DNA of 24,941 nucleotides from Simkaniaceae bacterium (GTDB lineage Bacteria; Chlamydiota; Chlamydiia; Chlamydiales; JAJFMI01): the NCBI GenBank assembly GCA_040880145.1, contig JBBDIZ010000017.1, forward strand, positions 3,119 to 28,059, written 5' to 3'. Of the stretch, positions 1-8,950 are shown one piece after another (position 1 is the first letter of the stretch; the number at the start of each line of letters is the position of its first letter). The notes beneath the pieces are model-generated. The model worked only from the letters and a program-made list of their open reading frames with translations. It was not told the origin of the DNA and ran no database searches. Made by a program: the position numbers and the translations under genes.

Positions 1-1
1 A

Positions 2-39
2 TATACCGAAAACCCAATTCTTGAAGTTGTTTCGGTATA
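2..39. repeat. Short palindromic interspersed repeat, copy 1 (TA-flanked, MITE/REP-like)
   Basis: TATACCGAAA (2-11) and TTTCGGTATA (30-39) form a 10-bp inverted repeat. The reverse complement of 17-39 is identical (23/23) to 8140-8162. Confidence 0.85.
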
Positions 40-60
40 AGGAAATAGTTGTATTAATAG

Positions 61-390
61 ATGATTTATTTAGCGAGTTGCAAATTAAGGTATCTTTATA
101 GGACTAATGCCGTCTGTGCGGCATTTTGTCATCTGTGGTGGTTTTTTCTTCTTCTCTCTCTTCTTTTATTTCTCTATCAAAATGGAATGAATAAAAAAGA
201 GGAACATCTCGATCAACTCAAAAAAAATTATTTAGAACTGAGTTTTGAAAAAAAAATAGCACTTAAAGAGCAAAAAAAACTTCATAAAATCTTAAACTCC
301 CAGTGCGATCCCGCCTATATCGAGCTAGCTCTTAAGAAGCGATTAGGTGTTGTTCCCGAAGGACAGACCAAGGTTTACTTTACAAATTAG
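61..390 (+). CDS. FtsB/DivIC-like septum formation initiator family membrane protein
   Basis: One TM segment (WWFFLLLSLLLFLY), then a coiled coil, then DPAYIELALKKRLGVVPEGQTKVYF, resembling the FtsB/DivIC 'D..YIE..AR..LG.V.PGE' motif. The start codon is uncertain. Confidence 0.65.
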   Translation: MIYLASCKLRYLYRTNAVCAAFCHLWWFFLLLSLLLFLYQNGMNKKEEHLDQLKKNYLELSFEKKIALKEQKKLHKILNSQCDPAYIELALKKRLGVVPEGQTKVYFTN

Positions 391-392
391 CC

Positions 393-1631
393 ATGCTGAT
401 CACTATTTTAACTTTACTTATCCTTTTTTCAGCCTTTCTCTCAGGCTCTGAAACCGCTCTATTTTCGCTCTCACCGATGAAAGTTAGAAGTTTTCGGCGT
501 TCAAAAGATGATCGAAAAAAATTAGTTGTGAAAATTTTAAAATCTCCTCTCGATCTCTTAGTGACCCTTCTGATGCTCAATGTGATTATGAACATTTTGA
601 TTCAAAACGTCGTCTCTTCCATTTTTGGAACTTTTTCAGGCTATCTTGTTACAGTTGGCATTCCTTTACTTTTAACTTTGGTTTTTGGGGAGGTCATCCC
701 TAAGTCGATTGCTATGAGTAGTAATGCAGCTTTTTCAATAAAGGTGGCTCCTTTCATCAATAAAGCGATGCGTTTTTTCTCTCCCATTCGCATTGGTTTG
801 ACGAAACTTACAAAATTCATCTCTCACAATCTTTTTTTCTTTTTAAAAAAAGAAAAAAAAATCTCAATCCCGATGCTGATTCAAGCGCTTAAAACTTCAA
901 AGGAGTATGGCGTTATTAGCAAGGATGAAGCGAAACTCATTACAGGATATCTTCAATTAGAGGAGGATCTTGTGAAAGAACATGCTAGGCCTCGTCAAGA
1001 AATTGTCTACTTTGACCTTAATCATGATCTCGATGAATTGGTAAAACTTTTTGTCGATGAAGAAGTGACACGGTTGCCGGTTTGTGATGGAAATTTAGAA
1101 AGCTTAAAGGGGATCATCGATTCAAGAGATTATTTCATTCATGGAAAAGAGTTGAAAAAGGGTCATGAAATAAAAAAATTTCTTAGAAGACCTTTTTTTG
1201 TTCCTGAGACGATGAGTGCTCATCTGCTGCTTAGACAAATGTATGAAAAAGAAGAGTCGCTAGCGATACTCGTCGATGAGTATGGCTCCATTGGGGGGTT
1301 GATTACACTTGAGGACTTAGTTGAGGTCGTGATTGGGGAGATTGCAGATCGACGAGATGAAAAACCCTCCTATACCCGCCCAACTGATGAGGTGGTGATT
1401 GCTAGTGGAAAGCTGGAGTTATCTGAATTCGAATCTCTTTTTGGAATTCCAATCGAATCTGATAGCAATGTGGTGACAATCGGGGGGTATTTAACTGAAA
1501 AAATGGGCGATATTCCAAAAAGCGGTGAAAAATATGTCACAGATGACTTCCTTTTTCATATTTTGGCCTCAACCCCCACGCGTGTTCGACGGATTTATAT
1601 CAGGCGTCTTCACTCTGTTCGGAGGAGATAA
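393..1631 (+). CDS. CNNM (DUF21)-CBS-CorC_HlyC membrane protein (hemolysin/Mg-Co efflux family)
   Basis: N-terminal SAFLSGSETALFSL, FGEVIPKS, CBS pair with VDEYGSIGGLITLEDLVE, and a C-terminal CorC domain (TIGGYL..KMGDIP). Confidence 0.92.
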   Translation: MLITILTLLILFSAFLSGSETALFSLSPMKVRSFRRSKDDRKKLVVKILKSPLDLLVTLLMLNVIMNILIQNVVSSIFGTFSGYLVTVGIPLLLTLVFGEVIPKSIAMSSNAAFSIKVAPFINKAMRFFSPIRIGLTKLTKFISHNLFFFLKKEKKISIPMLIQALKTSKEYGVISKDEAKLITGYLQLEEDLVKEHARPRQEIVYFDLNHDLDELVKLFVDEEVTRLPVCDGNLESLKGIIDSRDYFIHGKELKKGHEIKKFLRRPFFVPETMSAHLLLRQMYEKEESLAILVDEYGSIGGLITLEDLVEVVIGEIADRRDEKPSYTRPTDEVVIASGKLELSEFESLFGIPIESDSNVVTIGGYLTEKMGDIPKSGEKYVTDDFLFHILASTPTRVRRIYIRRLHSVRRR

Positions 1632-1635
1632 ATAA

Positions 1636-2868
1636 ATGAATTCAAGCTCTCAACTTTTTTTAACCTTGACGCTGCTTTCTGTCGTCATCCATGCTTTCTT
1701 CTCGATGTTGGAGATGTCCTGTGTCTCTTTCAACAAGGTTCGCTTGCAGTACTACGTTAGTCAAGGCTCTAGAAGAGCCCGCTGGTTGCACAAACTCTTG
1801 CAAAATCCAACCTATCTCTTTGGAACGACTCTGATTGGCGTCAATACAGCGCTTCAATTTGGCTCAGAATGTTCAAGGCGTTTTTATGCTTCACTCGGAG
1901 TTAATCCTGACTATGCTCCCTTAACTCAAGTCGTGATTGTTTTGATTTTTGCTGAACTTTCCCCGATGTTTGCGGCTCGACGCTTTTCCGAGCATGTTTC
2001 GATGTTGGGGATTCCGATTATCTACTTTATGAGTCGACTATTCACCCCTGTTATTTTTCTTCTTGGGTTATTGTGCCGATTTCTTCACTTGATATTGAAG
2101 ATCCCTAATTCGATGTCTCATATTTTATCCAGAGATGAGATTCAAAAAGCTGTTGAAGCTCGTGAGGAGAAGGGAGGGGAAGAAGAAGATGATTTAGAGA
2201 TGATTTCAACAAATATTTTTGCTCTGAAGGAAAAAACAGCTAAGGATTTAATGGAGCCTGTAAAAAATGCGCTTCTTTTAAACTCTGATTGTACTATTGA
2301 TCATCTCCGTTTGATTTTAAAGGCTCCCTATCCGCCCTATTTTATCTTTTATGAGGGGAGTCCTGAAAATATTGTTGGAATTGCTTACGCTCGCAATCTC
2401 ATACGCGAAACATCAGAAAAGCTTGCCATTGAGAAGGCGATTACTCCTTGGTTTATTTTAGAGCAAGCCTCAATCATGGAGATTATTAAACAATTTCGCA
2501 GTAATAATCGCCGTTTTGCGCTCTGTCTCGATCGTGATGGGAATCCAACAGGCATTTTGACATTAGATGCCATTATTGATGAAATTTTTTGCCCAGGCCC
2601 AAAAACTCTAAAAGAGGGGGAGAAATATGTTCTTCAATCCCAAATCGATCGAACTTTCAAAGGGGATACCGAATTAAAAGAAATTGAGAAACGATTTAGC
2701 ATCACCTTCCCCGATAATTCGGTCGAGACTCTAGAAAAGCTTATGGAAAAACACTTGATGCATCCTCCCGTTTTAGGAGATGTCCTTATTTTTGAAGGTA
2801 TTGAGTTGATTGTTGAAGATGCGCCGCTTATTGGCAAGTTAAAGATTCGGATCCGGACACTTGTCTAA
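1636..2868 (+). CDS. Second, more divergent CNNM-CBS-CorC membrane protein
   Basis: AFFSMLEMS, TTLIGVN and IFAELSPM DUF21 motifs, plus CBS-like GILTLDAIIDEI. Tandem paralog starting 4 nt after the first. Confidence 0.88.
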   Translation: MNSSSQLFLTLTLLSVVIHAFFSMLEMSCVSFNKVRLQYYVSQGSRRARWLHKLLQNPTYLFGTTLIGVNTALQFGSECSRRFYASLGVNPDYAPLTQVVIVLIFAELSPMFAARRFSEHVSMLGIPIIYFMSRLFTPVIFLLGLLCRFLHLILKIPNSMSHILSRDEIQKAVEAREEKGGEEEDDLEMISTNIFALKEKTAKDLMEPVKNALLLNSDCTIDHLRLILKAPYPPYFIFYEGSPENIVGIAYARNLIRETSEKLAIEKAITPWFILEQASIMEIIKQFRSNNRRFALCLDRDGNPTGILTLDAIIDEIFCPGPKTLKEGEKYVLQSQIDRTFKGDTELKEIEKRFSITFPDNSVETLEKLMEKHLMHPPVLGDVLIFEGIELIVEDAPLIGKLKIRIRTLV

Positions 2869-3943
2869 GGTGCTTGATGATTTTTGCAATTTTTAAAACC
2901 CCCTCGTCGATCGAATCTTTATCGATTCCATATCCAAACGAGAAGCGAATGGATGAGCGAACGCGATCTAAATCATACCCCATATTGATCAGGACTCGGG
3001 ATGGCTCTAGTGAGCCCGACGCACAGGCTGAGCCGTGAGAGGCAGCAATCCCCTCCAAGTCAAGGTGAATGAGAATCTCTTCAGCAGGCAGCCCTAAAAA
3101 AGCAATATTTGAAGTATTAGGCAGTCTTGGCTCGATTCCATTGATTCGAGTCGAAGGGATTTCAGTTAAAAGCGTTTTTTCAAAATGATCTCGCAAAGAG
3201 GAGGAAAAAAAGCCTTCTTTTTTTACGGACTTTATTGCAGCGCTCATTCCGACAATTCCCATTAAATTCTCTGTACCGGCTCTTAAGAAAAGCTCTTGCT
3301 GTCCTCCTTTTATGAAAGGGGAGAGTTTTATACCTTTTTTTAAAAAGAAGAACCCAACACCCTTTGGGCCTCCAAATTTATGAGCGGAAAATGTCATTGC
3401 CGTGACTCCTTTGGGAATTTTAAAAGGAATTTTCCCGAGCGCCTGAGCCCCATCAACTAAAAAAGGGATTCCTCTTGATGCCAGATATGCTCCGATCTCT
3501 TCAATCGGGGTGATCATGCCCGTTTCACTATTTGCATAAGAAAGCACGAGTAAAGAGCCCGGCTCTAATTCTTTCCATTTCTCTTTTGGTATTTGCAAAG
3601 TCTCATCTGTAGAGAGGAATTCAGCTGAATCTTTTATGACTTCATAGACCGCAGCATGCTCTAGCTTTGACGAGAAGATAGTATAGTTTTTTTGAAAATG
3701 GGTGAGAAGGTGGTTAAGCGCTTCGGTACATCCTGATGTAAAAAAAATCTCATCTTCTCGAACCCCTAAAAAATCAGCGATAAGGGTGCGTGAATTATTC
3801 AATATTTTTTTTGCGTTTTGCCCGTCTTGGTGAAGGCTGGATGGGTTGCCGTGAAACTTACTTAAATAAAGGATAAGAGCGTCAATAACTCTTGGATGAA
3901 GGGGAGTGGTTGCGTTGTAATCGAAATAGAGTCTTTTTTTCAT
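2828..3943 (-). CDS. nifS: Cysteine desulfurase, group I (NifS/IscS-like, PLP-dependent)
   Basis: YFDYNATTP, FTSGCTEA, EHAAV, VDGAQ, SAHKFGGPKG (PLP lysine), RAGTEN and SHGSACAS (catalytic Cys). Confidence 0.93.
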   Translation of the reverse strand: MKKRLYFDYNATTPLHPRVIDALILYLSKFHGNPSSLHQDGQNAKKILNNSRTLIADFLGVREDEIFFTSGCTEALNHLLTHFQKNYTIFSSKLEHAAVYEVIKDSAEFLSTDETLQIPKEKWKELEPGSLLVLSYANSETGMITPIEEIGAYLASRGIPFLVDGAQALGKIPFKIPKGVTAMTFSAHKFGGPKGVGFFFLKKGIKLSPFIKGGQQELFLRAGTENLMGIVGMSAAIKSVKKEGFFSSSLRDHFEKTLLTEIPSTRINGIEPRLPNTSNIAFLGLPAEEILIHLDLEGIAASHGSACASGSLEPSRVLINMGYDLDRVRSSIRFSFGYGIDKDSIDEGVLKIAKIIKHLRQVSGSESLTCQ

Positions 3944-4691
3944 ATTCTGAATTCATAACCTTAGCTAAAACAACAGTAATATTATCACGACCACCCTTTA
4001 ATTTGGCAGATTGAATTAATTCGGACGTTAACTCCTGTAAATTAAACTTTTTATTTAACACCTCTTGGATTTCGAATTCACTGAGGTGAGTGGTTAACCC
4101 ATCGCTACACATAAGATAGAGGTCATTCTCTTTAATTTTTTCTGTTTGGACCTCGACATCAACATCTCTTAAAGGACCAATGGCTCTTGTTAGAACCCGC
4201 CTTGTCCTTTTGATGTTTTTTAATGCTTTGATTTTTTCTTCAATTTGCTTTGAGTGGTCAGAGGTCAGTTGTTTTAGCTCATTTTTACGGAAGCGATAAA
4301 TGCGGCTATCTCCGACATGGGAGTAGATCAATTGATTTTCATGAAAGTGTAAAGTGCAGAGCGTTGTGCCCATGCCCTTTAGATGTTGATGTTTGATGCC
4401 AAGATTATAGATCAATGTATTCGCATTTTCAACAAGGAGGCGAGTCATCGAAGCAAGCTCTTTTATACGCCATTTTTTTTGACTTTCCGTGAAAAGCTCG
4501 TCAATAGCCTTAAGTAAATAATCAACGGTTTGCTTCGAGGCAATTTCTCCGGCTAGATGCCCTCCCATCCCATCTGCCAAGGCATAGAAGGGACGGTCCT
4601 TCAAATATCCCCAGAAGTCTTCATTTAGTTTTCGAACATAACCGATGTCAGTGCCCCCATAGGAGGATATGGAAAAGGTTTTTTGCAGCAT
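3882..4691 (-). CDS. cppA: PP2C/PPM family Ser/Thr protein phosphatase (CppA/PrpC-like)
   Basis: TDIGYVRKLNED, ADGMGGHLAGE, MGTT, HVGDSRIY, LTSDHS, LTRAIG, CSDGL and GGRDNITV motifs. Confidence 0.92.
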   Translation of the reverse strand: MLQKTFSISSYGGTDIGYVRKLNEDFWGYLKDRPFYALADGMGGHLAGEIASKQTVDYLLKAIDELFTESQKKWRIKELASMTRLLVENANTLIYNLGIKHQHLKGMGTTLCTLHFHENQLIYSHVGDSRIYRFRKNELKQLTSDHSKQIEEKIKALKNIKRTRRVLTRAIGPLRDVDVEVQTEKIKENDLYLMCSDGLTTHLSEFEIQEVLNKKFNLQELTSELIQSAKLKGGRDNITVVLAKVMNSEYEKKTLFRLQRNHSPSSKSY

Positions 4692-4736
4692 GGGGACAGC
4701 ATTGCGTTCAAAAGCAAAAAATTCAACAAAAAAAAA

Positions 4737-5582
4737 TCAAAGGGTGTTTGAAGCGGAATAGAGGGCCATGATTCGAAGGATCGTTACAAGATTGAAAATG
4801 AGATGAAGAAAGATAGGAGCGAGTAAAGAGCCGGTTTTTTCATAGGAGAAACCCAAGAAAAGAGAGAAAACAAAGAGCGTGGTAAGGAGGGGGAGATTTG
4901 CATATCCTTGAGAGGGCGAATAATGAATCAATGAGAAGAGAAGAGAAGTTATAAGTAGGGTTGGGATCAGTCCAAATAGGCGTTTAAGAGAGTTTTGGAT
5001 GAAACCTCGAAAGAGAAACTCTTCACAAAAAGGAGCTAAAATGACGGTTGCAAAAATAGCTAAGCTTAATAGGTAAGGATAAGGCAGAACACTTTTAATG
5101 AATCGAACAGCCAGCTGATCAATAGTAAACGTTCCGAAAAGAGCATAAGTTAAGTGTTCCACTGCATAGTCGACAAACGAAATAATCGGAAGTGAAATGA
5201 CATAGATTAAAAGCGTAAGCAAAAAAAGAGGGATGAGTTTGATTCTTTTTAAGAAAAAAAGTTTCCAAACTCGATTTTTCTGAATACTTGCAAGGCAGAT
5301 AAAGCTCAAAGCCGTAAAAAGCCCATTAATGACCTGAGCCCATGTCTGGAGCTCTAACGTATTAAGGGAGGTTAATCGATAGATGAGAAGAATCACATGC
5401 TTGGTTAAAAAATAGGGGATTATGAGAAAAAGCATAATGGCGAAAAGAGGATAGAAAAAAGAGAGAGTCTCTAATGATGCTTTTTTTTCGATCTTAAAAA
5501 ACTTCAATTTTGATGCAAGAAGGATTATAAAAAGGCTAATAATCCCCAATAAAAGAAATGTCTTAAGAGAAAATTCTTGCAT
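4737..5582 (-). CDS. CPBP (CAAX/Abi) family intramembrane glutamic endopeptidase
   Basis: Multiple TM helices with APFCEEFLFRGF (EExxxR), FSLIH and PIFLHLIFN (HxxxN). Confidence 0.9.
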   Translation of the reverse strand: MQEFSLKTFLLLGIISLFIILLASKLKFFKIEKKASLETLSFFYPLFAIMLFLIIPYFLTKHVILLIYRLTSLNTLELQTWAQVINGLFTALSFICLASIQKNRVWKLFFLKRIKLIPLFLLTLLIYVISLPIISFVDYAVEHLTYALFGTFTIDQLAVRFIKSVLPYPYLLSLAIFATVILAPFCEEFLFRGFIQNSLKRLFGLIPTLLITSLLFSLIHYSPSQGYANLPLLTTLFVFSLFLGFSYEKTGSLLAPIFLHLIFNLVTILRIMALYSASNTL

Positions 5583-6247
5583 TACTTACTTTTGGCAAGA
5601 AGAATATAATCTTCAAGACGTTTGGATATCTCGCGAGTAAATTGAGAGTGGGAAAGCGCGTAAGGTGTTAGATTATAACTCATTTTTCCCCAGCTATTTT
5701 TGGTATAATCGATGTGGGATAAAAGCTTTGGTATATGGTGGGATTGTGTAATGAGCTCTTGTAATATGACCTTAGGCGTATCAGAGCGAAGGTCAATAAC
5801 CCGAATACGCATTGTTAAATCAAGCGTCAGAGTAGGATCCTTCTTTTCCTCGATAGTAATCTCATTTTCATGAGGAGTTAGCTGATGCGTTACAAGCTCC
5901 ATAAAGACAACAAATTCATTGCCTTTAAAAACATTTTGAGTCCACTCTAAATTTTTACCAAAGGGGTGATGAGACTCATTGAGATGCGCAATAGCCGTAT
6001 CGATTCTTTCTTCATCCATCAAAAAGATATTTGCACGCCTGGAAAGGCGCTTTTCAATGGTTGAGGTCAGCTCTTCTGAAAGGTTCCAAGGGATAAATGA
6101 GCCGCTTCTGTCGAAAATGGGAACGATGGCAACAATAGGTTTAGCTCTTCCATCATCATGAAAGCGTGAAGAGATTTCATCCGACTGATTTCGTCCACAA
6201 GACGTGAAGAAACAAAGAAGGGGAAGGGCAATATAAAAAAAACGCAT
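5582..6247 (-). CDS. Conserved chlamydial lipoprotein (CT253-like)
   Basis: Lipobox FTS-C after a hydrophobic leader. The ATG at 6247 has GGAG 9 nt upstream (the ORF is open to a TTG at 6283). RFHDDGRAKPIVAIVP motif. Its stop overlaps the CAAX protease start (TAATG). Confidence 0.75.
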   Translation of the reverse strand: MRFFYIALPLLCFFTSCGRNQSDEISSRFHDDGRAKPIVAIVPIFDRSGSFIPWNLSEELTSTIEKRLSRRANIFLMDEERIDTAIAHLNESHHPFGKNLEWTQNVFKGNEFVVFMELVTHQLTPHENEITIEEKKDPTLTLDLTMRIRVIDLRSDTPKVILQELITQSHHIPKLLSHIDYTKNSWGKMSYNLTPYALSHSQFTREISKRLEDYILLAKSK

Positions 6248-6295
6248 GCGAAACGGCTCCATAAATAAAATCCTTATTGACAATGTACCAAAAAT

Positions 6296-8005
6296 CTATT
6301 CCGAAAGCAAGATAAGGCTGCTGTATGAGGGCATAATACAGGATTTGTTGAAATCAATTTCAGAAAGCTCGTCTTGGCTGCTTAGAAAAAGAGACCAGTT
6401 TTTTTGAACTTTAGGAAAGAGGATTGTGTGATCTTTATCATCCGCGTTAAAGGCAACATAAAGCGCTTTTTTTTCAAATGTAAACGTACATCCAACCAAT
6501 CGATTTGTTTCAGGTAAATTATGAAATTCAACAACCTTACAAGAAGGGATGTTCCACCTTTTACGTAAACGAATCAGTTTTTGAGTGAAATTGAGGAGGT
6601 CAAGATCACGATACCAGTACAAATAATTTAGAGCATTGTCTTGACACCAACCATTATTATTGCCCTCTCGAGTTCGACGAACCTCATCTCCCATTAAAAG
6701 CATCGGTGTTCCCATGGATGTAAAAAGGGCAGTTAAAAAGTTTTTAATTTGGCGCCGACGAAGTTTTGAAATTCTTAAATCAGACGAGGGGCCCTCAACT
6801 CCCATATTCCAGTTTTCATTTTCATTCATGCCATCGAGGTTATTCTCTAAATTGGCTTTATTGCGTTTTTTTTGATACGTGACAAGGTCATTGAGAGTAA
6901 AGCCATCATGGGAAGTGATGAATTGAATGCATTTTGAGCTTAAAAGAGCGTGTTTGAATTCATTTTGAGCCTTTTTCCCTCCTTTCAAAAACCGACGAAT
7001 CGAATCGCGATATTTTCCATTCCATTCAACAAACCGATTAAAATGGGGAAAGCTGCCTACTTGATACAGTCCTCCAGGATCCCAAGGCTCGACGATGAAC
7101 TTGGTGTTTTTTAGACGAACCTCTTCAGCCAACCTTTTCAAAAGTGGAGGTGAGGACAATGGTTTTCCTTTATGATCCCGCGTAAGAGTTGAGGCTAGGT
7201 CAAACCGAAAGCCATCGATATGGAAGGTTTCTACAAAATAGCAAAGAGCTTCACAGATCATCTCAATTGAAGCCGGATGGTTGGCGCTGAAAGTATTCCC
7301 GCAACCGGTATAATTTGTGTGCTTATTATCTTTTGATAAAATGTAGAAGGTTTTTTTATCTATTGCTTCGAAACAAAGGTCGCCTCGACCGGTATGGTTG
7401 AAGACGACATCGAGTAGGATCTCAATTCCGTTGCGATGAAGCTCTTTGACTAACCTTTTTAAATCGTGAATCGACCCAAAGGGAGAATGGATGCTGAAAA
7501 AATTAATCGGAGAGTAGCCCCAAAAATTTGATAGAGGCGTCTCTTCTAAATGCTCCTTTGGGTCAAATGCATTGATCGGCATTAATTCGATCGCATTGAC
7601 TCCAAGATCGACAAGATAGGGTATTTTTTCAATCATACCCAAAAAGGTTCCCGGGGAAGCCACTTTTGAAGTAGGAGAAGCCGTAAATCCCTTCACATGG
7701 GCTTCATAGATGATGAGTTGATCGAATGGAATTTTAGGAAATACGATGTTTTCAAAGTCAAAGGGCCTCTCTTTTGGAATCAGTGCGTGCGGAAAAGGAG
7801 AAAGAGAGATTTCTTTCGCATAGGGATCGATTAATGGTTTTGAGTCATCAACTGAAAAAGCGTAGGCTGAATATTTATCCGCATCCAGCTCTAGAAAAAA
7901 CGAAGCTCCTTTTTTTTCAAGAGGGACACGATGGATCAATTTGTCATCTGAAAATAATAGAAGATCAACTTTTTTAGCTGATTCTGAATAAAGTTTAAAC
8001 TGCAT
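6296..8005 (-). CDS. glgX: Glycogen debranching enzyme / isoamylase (GH13_11)
   Basis: IIYEAHVKGFT, LGVNAIELMPI, NFWGY, DVVFNHT, NYTGCGN, DGFRFDLAS (nucleophile Asp), EPWD (acid/base Glu), SHDGFTL and GNNN.WCQDN. Confidence 0.93.
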   Translation of the reverse strand: MQFKLYSESAKKVDLLLFSDDKLIHRVPLEKKGASFFLELDADKYSAYAFSVDDSKPLIDPYAKEISLSPFPHALIPKERPFDFENIVFPKIPFDQLIIYEAHVKGFTASPTSKVASPGTFLGMIEKIPYLVDLGVNAIELMPINAFDPKEHLEETPLSNFWGYSPINFFSIHSPFGSIHDLKRLVKELHRNGIEILLDVVFNHTGRGDLCFEAIDKKTFYILSKDNKHTNYTGCGNTFSANHPASIEMICEALCYFVETFHIDGFRFDLASTLTRDHKGKPLSSPPLLKRLAEEVRLKNTKFIVEPWDPGGLYQVGSFPHFNRFVEWNGKYRDSIRRFLKGGKKAQNEFKHALLSSKCIQFITSHDGFTLNDLVTYQKKRNKANLENNLDGMNENENWNMGVEGPSSDLRISKLRRRQIKNFLTALFTSMGTPMLLMGDEVRRTREGNNNGWCQDNALNYLYWYRDLDLLNFTQKLIRLRKRWNIPSCKVVEFHNLPETNRLVGCTFTFEKKALYVAFNADDKDHTILFPKVQKNWSLFLSSQDELSEIDFNKSCIMPSYSSLILLSE

Positions 8006-8054
8006 TTTCTGGTATATACGGGTTCAGTTTGAGTGTAAACGAGATGCGATTCCC

Positions 8055-8083
8055 TTGCAATTTTAATTTTTATCCTCTAAAAT
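8055..8083 (+). promoter_or_regulatory. Putative sigma66/sigma70-type promoter for slc1
   Basis: TTGCAA (8055-8060), 17-nt spacer, TAAAAT (8078-8083). Confidence 0.55.
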
Positions 8084-8139
8084 GGGTCTTAACGATGTAG
8101 AAAGTATCTTATGTTTCAGAATTTTTAGCTGAACAATAA

Positions 8140-8187
8140 TATACCGAAACAACTTCAAGAATCGGTTTTGGGAGTTGTTTCGGTATA
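8140..8187. repeat. Short palindromic interspersed repeat, copy 2
   Basis: Perfect 15-bp inverted repeat TATACCGAAACAACT (8140-8154) / AGTTGTTTCGGTATA (8173-8187). Shares 23 identical nt with copy 1 in the opposite orientation. Confidence 0.88.
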
Positions 8188-8277
8188 AATAGGCTGAAAC
8201 AATTAATTTGTTAAACTGTTACTTATCTTATATGAAGATTGATTTTAAAACTTACCTTGTTATAAGGAGGCAAACGA

Positions 8278-8844
8278 ATGTCTTTTGAAAATGCCAAGCA
8301 AAACCTCAAAGAGTTTGGGAAGGAGCTCAATCTTGAGGGGTTATCGTTTGACGAAAACCATACCTGTATACTCGGAATTGACAACACCTTTTCGTTGCAT
8401 CTCACCTATGAGCCAAATTCCGATCGACTTTACCTTTATTCACCCGTTTTAGATGGTTTGCCTCGTGATGACAAAACATTACTCAAGCTTTACCAATCTT
8501 TGCTCGAAGGGTCAATGCTTGGGGGTCAGATGGCAGGCGGTGGAGTCGGTGTCGCTGTAAAAGAAGAGCTCATCCTCATGCATTGTGTTCTTGAAATGGG
8601 AATTGGGGCTGATACGTTATCTCTGAAGCGTTTTGCACCGATCTTTGTGGAAGCCGTAGAAAAATGGCGAGCTCGTGCAAAAAACATTTTAGAGGGACGA
8701 GATGCAGAGGAAGGTATATCGTCAGATAAACGCTCCTCAGCGCATCCGGGTGCCCCTCACCGTCCAGGTTCAACCAAGCCTAAGGACAAAGATGATCAAG
8801 GACCCCACTCTCCTGGTGGAAGCGACCGTTTTGTAAAGGTCTAG
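8278..8844 (+). CDS. slc1: CesT/Tir-family class I type III secretion effector chaperone (Slc1/CT043-like)
   Basis: NAKQNLKEFGKEL, FDENHTCILGID, SLHLTYEPNSDRLY.YSP.LDGLP and LLEGSMLGGQMAGGGVGVAVKEELILMHC match the chlamydial Slc1 family as I recall it. AAGGAGG RBS at 8264-8270. Adjacent to glgX, as CT042/CT043 are. Confidence 0.9.
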   Translation: MSFENAKQNLKEFGKELNLEGLSFDENHTCILGIDNTFSLHLTYEPNSDRLYLYSPVLDGLPRDDKTLLKLYQSLLEGSMLGGQMAGGGVGVAVKEELILMHCVLEMGIGADTLSLKRFAPIFVEAVEKWRARAKNILEGRDAEEGISSDKRSSAHPGAPHRPGSTKPKDKDDQGPHSPGGSDRFVKV

Positions 8845-8864
8845 TCGATACTTCCTATTATCTT

Positions 8865-8897
8865 AAAAAATAAGCAGCGCTTGCTGCTTATTTTTTT
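8865..8897. terminator. Bidirectional intrinsic terminator downstream of slc1
   Basis: AAAAAATAAGCAGC-GCTT-GCTGCTTATTTTTTT: a 14-bp perfect stem including the A and T tracts. Confidence 0.85.
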
Positions 8898-8950
8898 CTA
8901 TCTAAAATAAACAGAATTCTTTATAATAAACACATAAAAATGGAGGTGTT

